Both the position numbers and the translations under genes were made by a program. From Trichodelitschia bisporula (Eukaryota): a stretch of 64,000 bases of DNA. Location: positions 750,174 to 814,173 of the forward strand of contig ML996691.1 in assembly GCA_010356995.1 (NCBI GenBank), written 5' to 3'. This document shows positions 27,472-39,258 of the stretch, one piece after another. The first letter of the stretch is position 1, and each line of letters starts with the position of its first letter. The notes beneath the pieces were generated by a model. The model worked only from the letters and a program-made list of their open reading frames with translations, was not told where the DNA came from and ran no database searches.

Positions 27472-29652
27472 CTAGCCCTCGCCCTCCTCCCGGACCTCCC
27501 CCCGCAAGGCGACCACATCGACTTCCACCCACCGCGCCCGGCGCCGGCCATCGGCCAACTTGCCTGGATTTACAACGCAGCAGCCCGTGTAGTTCAGCGC
27601 GAAAGCCGGTTCCTCTGCGTCCGCGATGCACAGCACGCTCGGCAACGGGTACAGTTGCAGCGCAGCGGCATAGTCCCAGAGAACGGGACGCGTAGCCGGC
27701 GCAAAGGGCGCAAGGTGCGCCTGGTCCAGCAGGCTGCGGGTGAGGCGGCGCGCAGCCAAAGTATCAGAGTCAACCTCCTCCTCATCCTCTACCGGCTCAT
27801 CATCGCCCTCGTCGCCCTCCCCCTCAGCCTCAGCGTCATTAAACCGAATCGCATTCCTCCGCATCCGCCCCGCCACATCATCGCGATACAGCACCGCCTC
27901 GCCCACGACACCAAACCAGCTAAGCCTAGCCGGGTTACTCGCAAACAGAACCTCGCCCTCGCGGCCCCTCGGTCCCTCATCGTCTTCCCGTAGCGCCGCG
28001 CGATTCGCTTCACGCACCACCGCCTCGATCCTCTCCACAAACTCAGATGGGACACGCTCGCGCGGGATCGTGCCGCCACTACCCGCCCCGCCCCAAGCAT
28101 CGCCCTCACCGGGCACGAACACGAGCGTCGTGCGGGCGAGGAGTGACTCAAAATCAGCGAGCAAGCCCGCGAGCGCGGCCCACGCGGCGTCGTAAGCAGC
28201 TGCATCCACGGCGGCGCCGGACAGCGCTGGGACGGAAGCGAAGGAGCCGAGGAGGACGATGGCGAGGGGAGGAGCTTGGTCGTAGTGCGTGAGGAGGGCG
28301 CGGAGCGCGGACAGGGAGCGCGGGTCGTCGAGCGCGACGGAGGAGGCGAGTGCTATACGGGTGCGGGGGGCGAAGGGGGCGGGGGGCGCGAAGAGGCGGG
28401 TTTGGAGGCGGAGCATGCGTGCGGACGTGCCCCTCGTCGAGCCGAGGCCGTGGAAGTCTGTCCAAGGAAAGGCGGGTTGGGGAGGATTTTCTTGGGAGGG
28501 GTCCGGGAGGCCGAGGGTGTGGGAGCGGCGTTCGGGGGGTGGGTGGGCGATTAGGCTGGCAATGAAGGTGCCGGGGATGGTGCCGCCAATGCCGGTTGTT
28601 TGGCCTAGTGTGGAGGTGGCTGCGTCTTCGGTGTACAGCCCGTCGAGGAGAACGAGCATGCCCGGGGTGAAGTAGGCGCCATCGCGTGGGTGGGGAGCGC
28701 AGTGATCAAGGTTCAGGGTTATTGTGCCTGTTGGGTCAGAGAGGGCGGGGTGGCCTGTTGGGAGGGGGGAGAGGAGGCCGAGGAGCAGATGGGGTGAGTT
28801 GGTGCGGCCGAGGAGGTTGGCGATGGGGGTTATTTTTGGAGGGCCGGCGGTATTGGGGTCGGAGGTGGGCGTGAAGGAGGTATGTCGCATGATACGGGCG
28901 TGTGTGAGAGCATACCGGTGCCGGAAATAGTCGGTACGCGAGGAGGGCGGGGGGAAGAGGGATGGCTTGTTCGCGGCTTTTTCGAAATGCTTCTTGGCCG
29001 CATTGTAGACGAGACGCGGTTGGGAGAAGGCGTCGACGAGCTTCAGCCACTCGCGCGGATCTTGCAGGGCATCATCATCGTCTTCATCCGAAGCGACCTT
29101 ATCACGGACGTCCAGATTCGAGAATCCAAAGCTCGTGTCTGGCGCCGGCGAATCCTCATGCGAATCCACGCTGCGAAAATCGAAGCTCGTGCTCCGACTC
29201 AGGCTTGATTTCGCGCTCTGGACCCGCCCATTCACCATGCTGCTCTCCAGTGTCTTCAAGATACCCTTCATCATCGGCCCATCCCCCTCCACAATCACAC
29301 TCCCACCCTCACGCTTCCACATCTTGGCCACCTCCTCCAGCACCCCCTCAGCCAGACCCTCTTCGCGCCATCCTCCTCCGCAATGTCTCCCGATGAAGGA
29401 CGCAAGCGCACCAAGTGCCGCCGATGTCAGCGTAAGATTGTGCTTCTTAGTGAAGGTGCGGAAAGCGACAGGACGCAAGGTTTGCGCCGGTAGTTCTATG
29501 GGCGCGATGGCGCGGGGCTTGAGAAGAGGGGGCGCGGGGATGGCGGCGGTGCGGCGGGGAGGAAGGGGGAGAGGGGTTGCGAAGGCGGGTGAGGAGGAAG
29601 GGGCCGCCGAGTCGGAGGGGAGGAGGTGGGAGAGGCGATCTTTGGGCGGCAT
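27472..29652 (-). CDS. DPB2: DNA polymerase epsilon subunit B
   Basis: 726-aa intronless ORF with LRPVAFRTFTKKHNLTL, FVPGEGD, SNPARL, LLDQAHLAPF...PVLWDY..ALQLYPLP and YTGCCVVNPG. Confidence 0.95.
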   Translation of the reverse strand: MPPKDRLSHLLPSDSAAPSSSPAFATPLPLPPRRTAAIPAPPLLKPRAIAPIELPAQTLRPVAFRTFTKKHNLTLTSAALGALASFIGRHCGGGWREEGLAEGVLEEVAKMWKREGGSVIVEGDGPMMKGILKTLESSMVNGRVQSAKSSLSRSTSFDFRSVDSHEDSPAPDTSFGFSNLDVRDKVASDEDDDDALQDPREWLKLVDAFSQPRLVYNAAKKHFEKAANKPSLFPPPSSRTDYFRHRYALTHARIMRHTSFTPTSDPNTAGPPKITPIANLLGRTNSPHLLLGLLSPLPTGHPALSDPTGTITLNLDHCAPHPRDGAYFTPGMLVLLDGLYTEDAATSTLGQTTGIGGTIPGTFIASLIAHPPPERRSHTLGLPDPSQENPPQPAFPWTDFHGLGSTRGTSARMLRLQTRLFAPPAPFAPRTRIALASSVALDDPRSLSALRALLTHYDQAPPLAIVLLGSFASVPALSGAAVDAAAYDAAWAALAGLLADFESLLARTTLVFVPGEGDAWGGAGSGGTIPRERVPSEFVERIEAVVREANRAALREDDEGPRGREGEVLFASNPARLSWFGVVGEAVLYRDDVAGRMRRNAIRFNDAEAEGEGDEGDDEPVEDEEEVDSDTLAARRLTRSLLDQAHLAPFAPATRPVLWDYAAALQLYPLPSVLCIADAEEPAFALNYTGCCVVNPGKLADGRRRARWVEVDVVALRGEVREEGEG

Positions 29653-29968
29653 CTTCGCGGAATGTTGGTGATGTTGAGGCTACGGGGTGGTAAATAGTGG
29701 TTGGTGAACACTTGTCGTCACGAGCAAAAGCCTCGTCGCGTGGGTGTGGCGTGAATGACGCGTGGTTATTGGTCAGATACCTCCGCACAAAGTGCTGAGA
29801 AGTGTGGCTGATCTTGCATGGGTTCAAACGGCGCCATTCACCCACTCCAACCGCTCCATCGCAGACCTCTAAACAAACCCCCATCGTGCTCATCGATCTC
29901 TGCCCACGACCTTTCTCCATATATTCTCCACTACCACCGCTCCCCAGTCTCTAATCGCACACTCAACC
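29653..29968. promoter_or_regulatory. Bidirectional DPB2 / NASP-like promoter with MCB-like elements
   Basis: 316-bp divergent gap containing ACGCGT at 29758-29763, TCGCGT at 29736-29741 and ATTGG at ~29768. Confidence 0.55.
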
Positions 29969-31452
29969 ATGGCGGAAGAAACGCCCAAATCCCCCTCTCT
30001 AGTCCCCTCGGAAATCATGGAAGCCGCCGACGTTGACAACGCCTCAAAATCCAGTTCGAAATTCGATCAGATCGTCCACGCCGCAAACATGCAGTACGCG
30101 CTGAAAAAGTACTCCGAAGCCGCTGACCTGTACTCCACCGCGACGGTGCTGCAAGCTGAGACCAACGGCGAGATGGATCCAGCTAACGCCGACCTGCTCT
30201 ACCTCTACGGCCGCTGCCTGTACAAAGTCGCTGTTGCCAAGAGTGACGTGCTCGGTGGCCCCGCTGCGACCGAGAGCAAGAAGAAAGAGGACATTGAGGC
30301 CGCAGCCGGCGCGTCGGCCGCTGCAGCGGCGCCCGATGTCGCCAAGCAGCCCTTCTTTGAGTTCACAGGCGACGAGAACTGGGACACGGAGAGTGACGAG
30401 GAAGACAAAGGTGACGATGGCGATAAAGGCGAGGAAGAGCAAGAAGACGATCTAGGCAGCGCCTTCGAGGTCCTCGAGCTCGCGCGCGTACTGTTCGAAA
30501 AGCAGCTCAAACAGCTCGCCGACACCCCCATCGACGAATCCAAGGGCCCTATTGACGTATCGAATGGAACCACCGACACCGACAAGAAGGGTAAAGGCAA
30601 ATCCGTGGCTGCACCCTCACACGAACTTAAGCGCATCAAGACGAGCCTAGCCGACGTGCGCGACCTGCTGGCCGAGATCGGACTGGAGAACGAGCGGTTT
30701 TCCGACGCGGTTGTCGACGCCCAGGCTGCACTCGAGCTGAAGTTGCAGCTGAACCCGCCAGAGTCGGCCCTCATCGCCGAGGCGCACTACAAGGTCTCGC
30801 TTGCGCTGGAGTTTGCTTCCGTGAACGTGACGCGTGAGAAGGAGGGCACCGAGGCGGTCGTCAGCGAAGACGTCGACACCGAGATGCGCGCCGAGTCAGC
30901 GCGGCACATGGAGCTCGCGCTGGAGAGTTGTCGGCTGCGGCTGGAGAAGGAAGAGCGCGAGTTCAAGGAGCTGGGGGATAAGAGCAAGGTAACGAAGGAT
31001 GACATCCTCGAGATGAAGGAGGTCATCGAGGACATGGAGCTGCGGGTAAGACGCCTCCCCATTTTCCCCCTCAATTGGGCGTCACCGATAATGGCTAACA
31101 CGCGCAGCTCGCTGACCTCCACGCGCCCCCTGTCAAAGTCGCCGACATCAACAACCCGGCCTCATCCGCCGACTCCGCTGTCCCGGCTGACATCACGGAG
31201 CTGTTCAAACGCGCGCTCGCCGGCGCCGCGGCTCCCGCGCCCGCGTCCGCCGTAGACGATGCCAAGCCTGCGACTGACCTGACCGGGCTGGTGCGCAAGA
31301 AGGGCAAGCCGGCTGCTAAAGACGGGGAGAAGCTTGCGGTTCCGAAGGAGGGAGGAAGCTCCGCACCGCGCGCGGCTAGCGAGAAGCGGAAGCTGGACTA
31401 TGTAGAGGAGAAGGATGAGACTGAGGGCAAGGGCAAGAAGGCGCGGCATTAG
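29969..31452 (+). CDS. NASP/Hif1/Sim3-family histone H3-H4 chaperone (SHNi-TPR); intron 31046-31107
   Basis: TPR motif ADLLYLYGRCLY, acidic insert DENWDTESDEE...DDLGSAFEVLELAR, LAEIGLENERFSDAVVD...AEAHYKVSLALEF. C-terminal DLTGLVRKK...KRK NLS; TAG at 31450-31452. Confidence 0.9.
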
Positions 31453-32355
31453 GAGTTTCTGCCGCCACGGATGTCTCTTTGTTGTGTGCGGTTCTTTTGG
31501 CGTTCGGGTGTCGGCTGTATTTTGTCTGAATAGCTCTTCTTTTCCCGGAGTGGACTGATCCCGGGCGGAGAGCTGGGGTGTACATTATTTGGCGCTGCGG
31601 TGATGTTCTTTTGGGATTTGACGGCAGCAAGGCGAGGCGAGGCAGGACAGGCGGGCAGTCCAGGACGCGATAATTGAGATCATGCAGCAGAATCATGATG
31701 CGCGTGAGGCTGTGGCGCCTTCGTATCTTACCCGATTCGCACCGCTGTGCACCCAATAACACACCGGTTAAGTCACGAACGCATGAACGGAATATCTGAA
31801 AAGGAAACACGATTGTATGTCCCATAGACGCAGAGATCGGGACCGAGTTCTGTGGAAGACAATGTACCGGTACATTGCGATGCTTTTTTTTTGCATGATT
31901 TTTTGTCTTCTTTTCTGCGGGGTCTAGAGGTGCATGCCGAGGGGAGGATGGTATATACCGCGCGCTGTATCCTATGTATAAACAGCTCAACCCCACTACG
32001 TACTTCGACTAATGCACCAGAGAAAAGAGCAATGGTCTCGGGCCGGACGGGACGTTTTGTTTTTGCTCTTGGCCATGCTCAAGTGGAGCTCGGTAACCGG
32101 CTCGTCTGCTGGGTGCTGATGCAGGCGGTGTGAAGGGGCTGCATCGCGAGGGAGGCCGGGCGGATTGCCAGATCATGCTCGTACCTACTCAGGCCCACAG
32201 AAGGTAGATGGCGCGATCGTCAGGAGATTTTGGGTGCAGAATGCGCAGCATGCAGTGCAGGTGTTGCTTGCGGTGCCTGCATGATAACGTGGTGTTTGTT
32301 GGTGGTGGAGATTGATATGTGGGCAAGACGCGTCGCCTTGCGATTGACGTCCATT

Positions 32356-32456
32356 ATCGACAAGCAAATCGACAAGCGCAATCGACAAGCACAGGTTTGC
32401 TAATCGACAAGCAGTCTATCTGCAATCGACAACCGGCTTCTCCGCAATTGACAAGC
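32356..32456 (+). repeat. Dispersed tandem array of ATCGACAAGC (about 6 copies)
   Basis: Copies at 32356, 32368, 32381 and 32403, with degenerate copies at 32425 and 32447. Confidence 0.85.
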
Positions 32457-33630
32457 CCATCTATCGATATTGATTGCACGTGCGGGGACGGGTCCGGCCC
32501 GCATCACGGGTTAGGCGGGCGATATACGTAGATGGCTACGTGTCTACTCCACGCAGCGATGCCGTGCTACAATCTCGCTCTCGCCTCCTCGGCCAGAGTC
32601 CGCAAAGTTTGACACGTCAGCCGGATCGGACACGCCTTTCTCAGGCCTCGTTTTGGGGTGTCTTTGTTAGGATATGCAGCTGCTGCGATTTGGGGGCAGT
32701 GCAAAGGCCAAATGCAGAGACAGCCTCGCCGTCGCCGGTTGTCTTCGCGATGCAAGATGAAATGCGGGTCCTAGGGGGTGCGGGCAACGCAGGATTAAGG
32801 GATGGTGGTTGTGAGGATGCTATGTTGGAGAAGTAGGGCGTGGAATAGAGAGGACACTAAGCACGATGCACTGCTATGGCCGTGGACGAGCTGCGCTAGA
32901 TATGCGCGCGACAGACGCAGCCAGAGGGGGTGGGAAATTAAACGCGCGGAATTGGGCAATGCGGGCAAGAATTCGAGCTTTCTAATTGGGGGAGGCATAT
33001 CTTTTTCTTGCTTTGATGCGGGCAATTATCGATTGCGATTCAGATGCTTTTCCTGTGCGGCTGTTGACGCTGGTGGACCTGGGGCGGGGTGTCCGTGTGT
33101 ATGTGTGGAGTTGGTGCCCGATAGTCGATTGCGGCGAGCGGAAGGCGGGATGGACCAGGGACCGTGAAGTAGAGAAAGTCTGTGAGAGCAGTGAGATGGG
33201 AGGGGAAGCTGCGGGGGAGGAGGGGAATGAGGAAGGTGAGTGGAGCGGAGTGGGGTATTGTGACTGTTGTGTGTGTGGCGAGAGAGACAGAGAGGGGCAA
33301 GATGTAAACAAATGAACACAACAAACAATGCAACAAACAATGCAACAAACAACAACAACAACAGGCAGTCACTTCTTCTTCAGTCCTGAGGAGAAGACGA
33401 TACAAGAGAAGATCAGGCAGACGTAAGCAGTGGCAGGCGCACGCGTCATTAATTCACTGTCATCCATCCATCATCTGCGTCATTGATCGACCTGCCACCC
33501 GTTCAGCTTCAGGCGCGACTCTGAAGCTCAGTTGAGAGCAGAAGCTCAGTTGAGAGCAAGCGCTACCCAAGTGTTTGTCGCACAACCGGGGAGAGAAGGA
33601 GCCGTTCGAGGCTCCGCCCGTTGCTCTTTG

Positions 33631-33670
33631 CCCTCCCCTCCCCTCCCCTCCCCTCCCCTCCCCTCCCCTC
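33631..33670 (+). repeat. (CCCTC)n microsatellite
   Basis: Eight perfect pentamers. Confidence 0.9.
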
Positions 33671-34899
33671 TAACAAACGGGAAGGAGCTCCCTAATCACC
33701 GAGCTGCTTCCTCGAGACAAGCCCCCCCAGTAATCCAACCCTCTCTTTTTTGCTCCAGACCTTCCCCTTTTAGGCTTAACTCCTCCACCGAGACCACAAG
33801 CCGGTGGCTCACGGACCATCGGCGTCTTCTTCTATTCCTCTCTCGTTCATCTCTTGCTCGCGTCACCCTCCCAGACACCCCCCCCTCCTCCCCCATCTCT
33901 ACAAACACCACATCTACCCACTCTCTTCTCAAAAACCTTCACTCTCTTCTCGCGCGCGAAACTCATTTCGTCAACCCTACAACAAATTCACCCAGCCCTC
34001 CCCCCCCCCCGAAGCTCAACCTGAAAAGCCCGGTACCCTAGCTTCCAAACACGAAACAACATCCCAAAGTCGCGGCCGTCGCGTCTCCACCATTGTTTAC
34101 ACGCGCGCGCGACTCACTTCATTCCTTGGGCCCGAACAACGCTATTCCCAGCCAACGAACAGCGTCACGTCACCACACAATTGCTGCGCTGGCGGCGCAT
34201 ATTTGCTGCCACCACCGCAAAACCCCCGCCTTTCTTCTCGTCTCGCATCGCTTGCTTTGCTGCTCCTCTTAACAGAAGGCAGTGAATAGCAACCAGGGAC
34301 CAAAGAAAAAAGAAAAAAGAAAAAAAAAAGAAAACCCCTCCTCGGAAGTCTGCCGCCTCGTGTCTGCCTCTTCCCGGATGGCCTCGAGTCCGCAGCTCGT
34401 CACGAAATTGTTGGACTGGTGACGCGCCCGGCAGCAATAATACCACACAGCCTTCCTTCAGTCTCGAGTCTTTACAAGTTGTGTTGGGGTCAACTATCCC
34501 GTCTGGACCCGTTAAAGTCGCGAGTCTCACTTGCTCTTCAAACCAAAAGCCGACGCTGTCTGTGCATCGGCTAGCGCTCGGACTCCCTTTTGTGGAAGAG
34601 CAAAAGCAGGACTGAGGCCTCAAATAACCCTAGACGCTACCCGCTCTTCCCTCCCACACACACTCATACACACGCAAGCACTGACTTGTCCCACTCCCGC
34701 ATTCCGACCCGCAACACCGCCCACCTACCTCACACGTCCCTTCTCCTCCCCTCCTCCAATACACAACAGCGCCTCAAAGGATCAACAACGCTCTCTCCCC
34801 AAAATCAACGTCCGCCAACAACGAAATATCGACATCCCCATCCCATCTAGCTCCAGCTGGAATCAGCACTTCCCAAGAGTTTTGCTGTGCATTCGGACA

Positions 34900-37800
34900 A
34901 TGGACTGGTCGTACTCCCCTCATCGCGAAGGAGGTGGGACCCTGCACCTTCCTTCCCCCAACCACCACAATCACCACCTTAGCAGAATATCATCAATGGA
35001 CAAGCTGCGGAGGTCCTTGTCGCGGTCACCATCAAAAACTTCGCGCTTTCAACTGCACACCACCCGTTCTGGCAGCGGTTCACCAAACTCCCCCATGTCC
35101 CCGCTTGCAACTTCGCGCGCCTACACACCCAAAGGTTCCAAAGACTCCGCCTACACTCCCGTCGGCTCCCCGCACCCTGAACAAACGCCTACATCAACCA
35201 AGCGCAAGTTTACCCTCCGTCGACAGGCTCCATTCAGATCATCACCCCGCTTGAACGCGTCTCGCAGCCCGATGCGCCGTGCACTCAGCGACGCGGCGAA
35301 CCAGGGCAACGTCGCGCCTGCGTCGTCGCGCCGCAGCTCCGGTGACGAAAACATGGACACTACGCCACCTTCGACCCTGCAAACAGAGTACAAGCCACCC
35401 CCGCCACCGCCGCGTTTCGTCCACGACGGGCCCATAAAGTTCGACTTCTCGCGCGCCAAATCGGACGCGCCGACTTCCGGTACCGACTTCCCGGCCAAGT
35501 CAAGCCCGCTGAAGCGCGAAGGCCGTATGAGCATGGATAGCGTCAACTTTGGCGTTTCTGCGAAGCGGCGTAGCATACACGGAGCTTTTAGCATCGATGC
35601 AGATCCATTTGCTCAGAGCACTCCCGCCGCCGGCGCCGATGCGACGCGCCAGGTACCAGAAAAGGAGATGTTCAATTCTCCCTTCTCAACGCCTGCGCTC
35701 AAGCGCACCGCTTCCCTCCGCAAGTCTACTCTGCAGCAACGTCAGACTACAGGTGCCATCCGGATGCGGGGCATGGGCATGGTAGAATCATCGTCTGAAT
35801 CGGCCATGATGGGCCCGACAACTCGGAACCGACACCGCACGTCGGTTGACAGCTCCGTCCTCGGCGGTGCATCTCAGGCGCAGTCTCCCTTCCGAACCTC
35901 GGCTCCGCCGGCTTCAAATCCGATGCCGCCACCGCGCCACTTCTCGCAGCGTCTGTCGTCTGGCCACCACCAGCCGCATCCGCTGTCACACAACATCACT
36001 CCGTCGTCGTCGAGCTCCACTCTCTCTGGAGATGCCATGAGGTCGGAACTGTCGCTATCCAACGTCAGCCATGATATTCCTCGTCCCGTTGTGCGTGTAC
36101 CGCTCCGCCCGGAGCAACAGCGGACGGAAGTGCCTCGTCCGGAGCTCAGGTCCCGCGCCAATTTTGCCAAGTCGCTCCCAATCACGACGATGCGGCCCGC
36201 CGAGATGCAGCAGACAGACAATGGCTTCGCAACGCCTACGTTCAAGAATGTAAAGCCGTTGCCGGCGGCCTTCATGTCAACCGGTCTCTTGTCCAAGCGT
36301 AACCGGCCCATGGAGTTCCCAGCCGGGGATAGCACGTCATATGCCATGCCAGACACACCGTCGAAGCGCGTGTCCTTCCCGCCCATGACAGCCACCCCCC
36401 TCAAGAGCGCCACCAAGCCTGCGTTTGCGACGACCACGCCGTTTGGTATGCCTGTACGTAGGTCGCAGAACCTCTTCGGCAAGACCAGTGGCACCGACAG
36501 CCATAGCCTCCTGCGCCGTAGCAGCTTCATCAGCGTCGATAGTGATGACAATAACTGCTCTCCGTCCGGCAAGAATGAGTCGAGCGCCGATGAACTGCCT
36601 CCTACTCCCACTAAGCCGGCCGGTAAGAACAGCAAGGAGAGCAGTCTTCGCAGCAGCTTGTTCGGACGTCGCACCTCGCTTGGTCCGGACACATTCATGC
36701 CGCTCAGCAGTACCGATGCGCCACCGCCAATTCCCGCTTATCCCATGCGCAAGTCCACGCCGATCCAGGAATCGTCGGGTCGCTGCTCGCCGCACACGCC
36801 ATCCGAGTCGTTCATGCCGCCTGATGCTAGTCGCCTGTCAATCTCTGGTAACAATGTCTCGTTTGGGGTCAGCACTAGGAGCAATGGACCGCCTGCGACG
36901 CCTACTGGCCCGCGCGACCCTTTCAGCAAAGTTCCCGTAGTGTCAGTGTGCCAGAACGATGTGGACACCACCCTGACATCTCGCTTCGGATCTGTCGCCC
37001 TCTATGGCTCTGGGGAGTTCTCGCAAGTGTTTCGCGTCGAGAAGGCACTGCATCCTAGCCCGAACAGCTCCCGTCGCAGCCATGGTGTGTGGGCTGTCAA
37101 AAAGTCCAAAAAGCCTTACACTGGCAACCGCGATCGCGAGGCGAAGCTCAGGGAGGTTGCGGTGCTCAAGGCGCTGCGGGGCAACGGGCATGTCATTGAG
37201 ATAATCGACAGCTGGGAGAGCGCGGGGCATTTGTACATCCAAACGGAATTTGCCGAAGATGGAAACCTGAAGGACTTTCTCAGCAAGACGGGGTTCAAAG
37301 GGCGCCTAGACGACTTTCGCATCTGGAAGATTCTGTTGGAGATTTCACTGGTATGTTGTGCCCTATATCTACTTGCTGTATTCGCGCTAACCGTCGCAGG
37401 GCGTCAAGCACATCCACGACAGTGGTTACATTCACCTCGACCTGAAGCCGGCCAATGTCTTTATTGACTTTGAAGGCGTTCTCAAGATTGGCGACTTTGG
37501 CCTCGCGAGCCAATATCCCGCCCCGCCGCACATCGACGGTGAAGGCGATCGCGAGTATATCGGCCCAGAGGTTCTTGCAGGTCGCTTCGACAGGCCTGCT
37601 GACATTTTCGCCCTCGGCATGATGATGGTCGAGATTGCCGGCAACATTGTGCTCCCAGAGAACGGGACTTCGTGGCAGCGTCTTCGCTCCGGCGACATGA
37701 GCGATGTGCCGAGCCTGACATGGAGCTCCGATGCCAGCCTCGCGCGTGATTCGTGTGGCGACCCGATCCGTGTACAGCCCTTTGGCGATATGGACGATTT

Positions 37801-38104
37801 CCTCTCAGAGACTCCTGCGCGCTGCGCATCGGAGCAACTCCTGGGTGCACAGCGCCCTTCGGAACTGGCGACACCGCCCCACTTCATGATCGATTCCGAG
37901 GACCCCGATGCACTTGACAAGCTGGTACAATGGATGATTTCGCCTAACCCGGAATTTCGTCCAACTGCCGATCAAATCTATCGCTCGGCCGGTGTGCAGT
38001 GGGTTGAGCGCCGGAGGCGGTCCGGCGCCACCATCTTCGAAGGGAACTGGGGCCCAGCTGACAATATGCTTCAGCATCTGGATGTGGATATGACGGACGT
38101 TTAG
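34900..38104 (+). CDS. SWE1: Wee1/Swe1 CDK-inhibitory kinase; intron 37351-37399
   Basis: Long S/P-rich N-terminus with FMSTGLLSKRNR and MPDTPSKR. Kinase motifs GSGEFSQV, AVKKSK, IHLDLKPAN, DFG, EGDREY and LPENGTSWQRLRSGD. Confidence 0.95.
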
Positions 38105-38521
38105 GGTGCTTCAGTAGCGCCTTGAACCGACAGTGTTTGAACACTTGAGGGACGATGACGGCGTACGAGGGCAACCTCCATTGCTATCTTCGTTCTTCTC
38201 TGGTCCTGAGCTCCCTGTTGTATGGTCTTCGATATCGGCTGTTTTATCTTCTGTGTTCTTTACGGGTTAGTGTGTGGGATCTTTTCGTTTCAATCCGGCG
38301 ATTTGGGTGTTTATCGGCACAAGACGCATGGGTGAGCTTGCCTTGCTCGCGCAGGCACACTCTGGGCATGGGGCATGGATGGGATTCCGGTGGGACGCAG
38401 AAATTTGGGAATGGTATCTGGCTCTCGGGGCGGCATGGGAGGGTGTTTTGCGGTTGTCATATCATCATGGGCCAGGATGGCAATGGAAAGGCGAACGGAA
38501 CGGAGTTATCATGGGCATGTA

Positions 38522-38544
38522 TGTGTGTGTGTGTGTGTGTGTGT
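38522..38544 (+). repeat. (TG)n microsatellite
   Basis: Read directly from the sequence. Confidence 0.9.
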
Positions 38545-39193
38545 ATTTCTCTACGGCGACTACTGCATTTCTAGAGGCGCGCGGCTGAGAATGATTTGTG
38601 CTTTGTCATTGCGATTGGGGGTGGGTTATTAGGCTCGGCTGGGCGGTCATGGAGGGGTGAACGGGCTGTCTGCCTGTCGTTTGCTGTTTAGCGAGCATTT
38701 GTGGTGCACGTGCATTGCGCGCCTGGTAGATGGGCAGAGATAAATGCATTATGGACTGCTGTGTGTCGATTTCATGGGCTGTTTGTGATGTGAGTGGTGG
38801 TGTGGTAAGCCATGTGGGTGTGGTCGTCATCCTGTACTGTGTCTATCATCGCCGTTGAGTCCGTTGCATCCAGTCAACAAAGCGAACGAAATCTTATCCA
38901 AGGAAGCCAATTGCCTTTGCAGAGTTTTTCGTCGAAGCAATTACGAAGAAAGAATGAGACGGGAAGTCTTCAGCCCCGCCATATCCCCTCAAATCGATGG
39001 GCCTCCGACCACGGTGGAGGGGCGAAAGAAAAAAAAGACGCAGATGCGTTGGCAACATGACGACGAGCGTAAAACACCACTAGAGACCACACAGAACACC
39101 TAGCCTCAGTTCTACTGCACCTGTTACCGCTCAAGCGTGTGGTGTTGCGAAGGAAAAGTATGGCTACGTGGGGGATGGAGCTGTTCCAGCTCA

Positions 39194-39258
39194 CGTTCGA
39201 GGTTGTGTTTGAGGTTGTGTTCGAGGTCATGTTCGAGGCTACTCGTATATTCGAGGTT
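39194..39258 (+). repeat. Degenerate ~12-bp tandem repeat (GTTCGAGGTTGT)
   Basis: gttcgaggttgt gtttgaggttgt gttcgaggtcat gttcgaggct...ttcgaggtt. Confidence 0.7.

Noticed and set aside
32356..32456. CRISPR-like repeat-spacer appearance
   Set aside because: The repeats are only 10 bp with very short spacers, the genome is eukaryotic, and there are no cas genes.
39194..39258. GTTCGA-containing repeats as Pol III B-boxes or a tRNA/SINE remnant
   Set aside because: They do not fit GTTCRANYC, and there is no A-box or cloverleaf.
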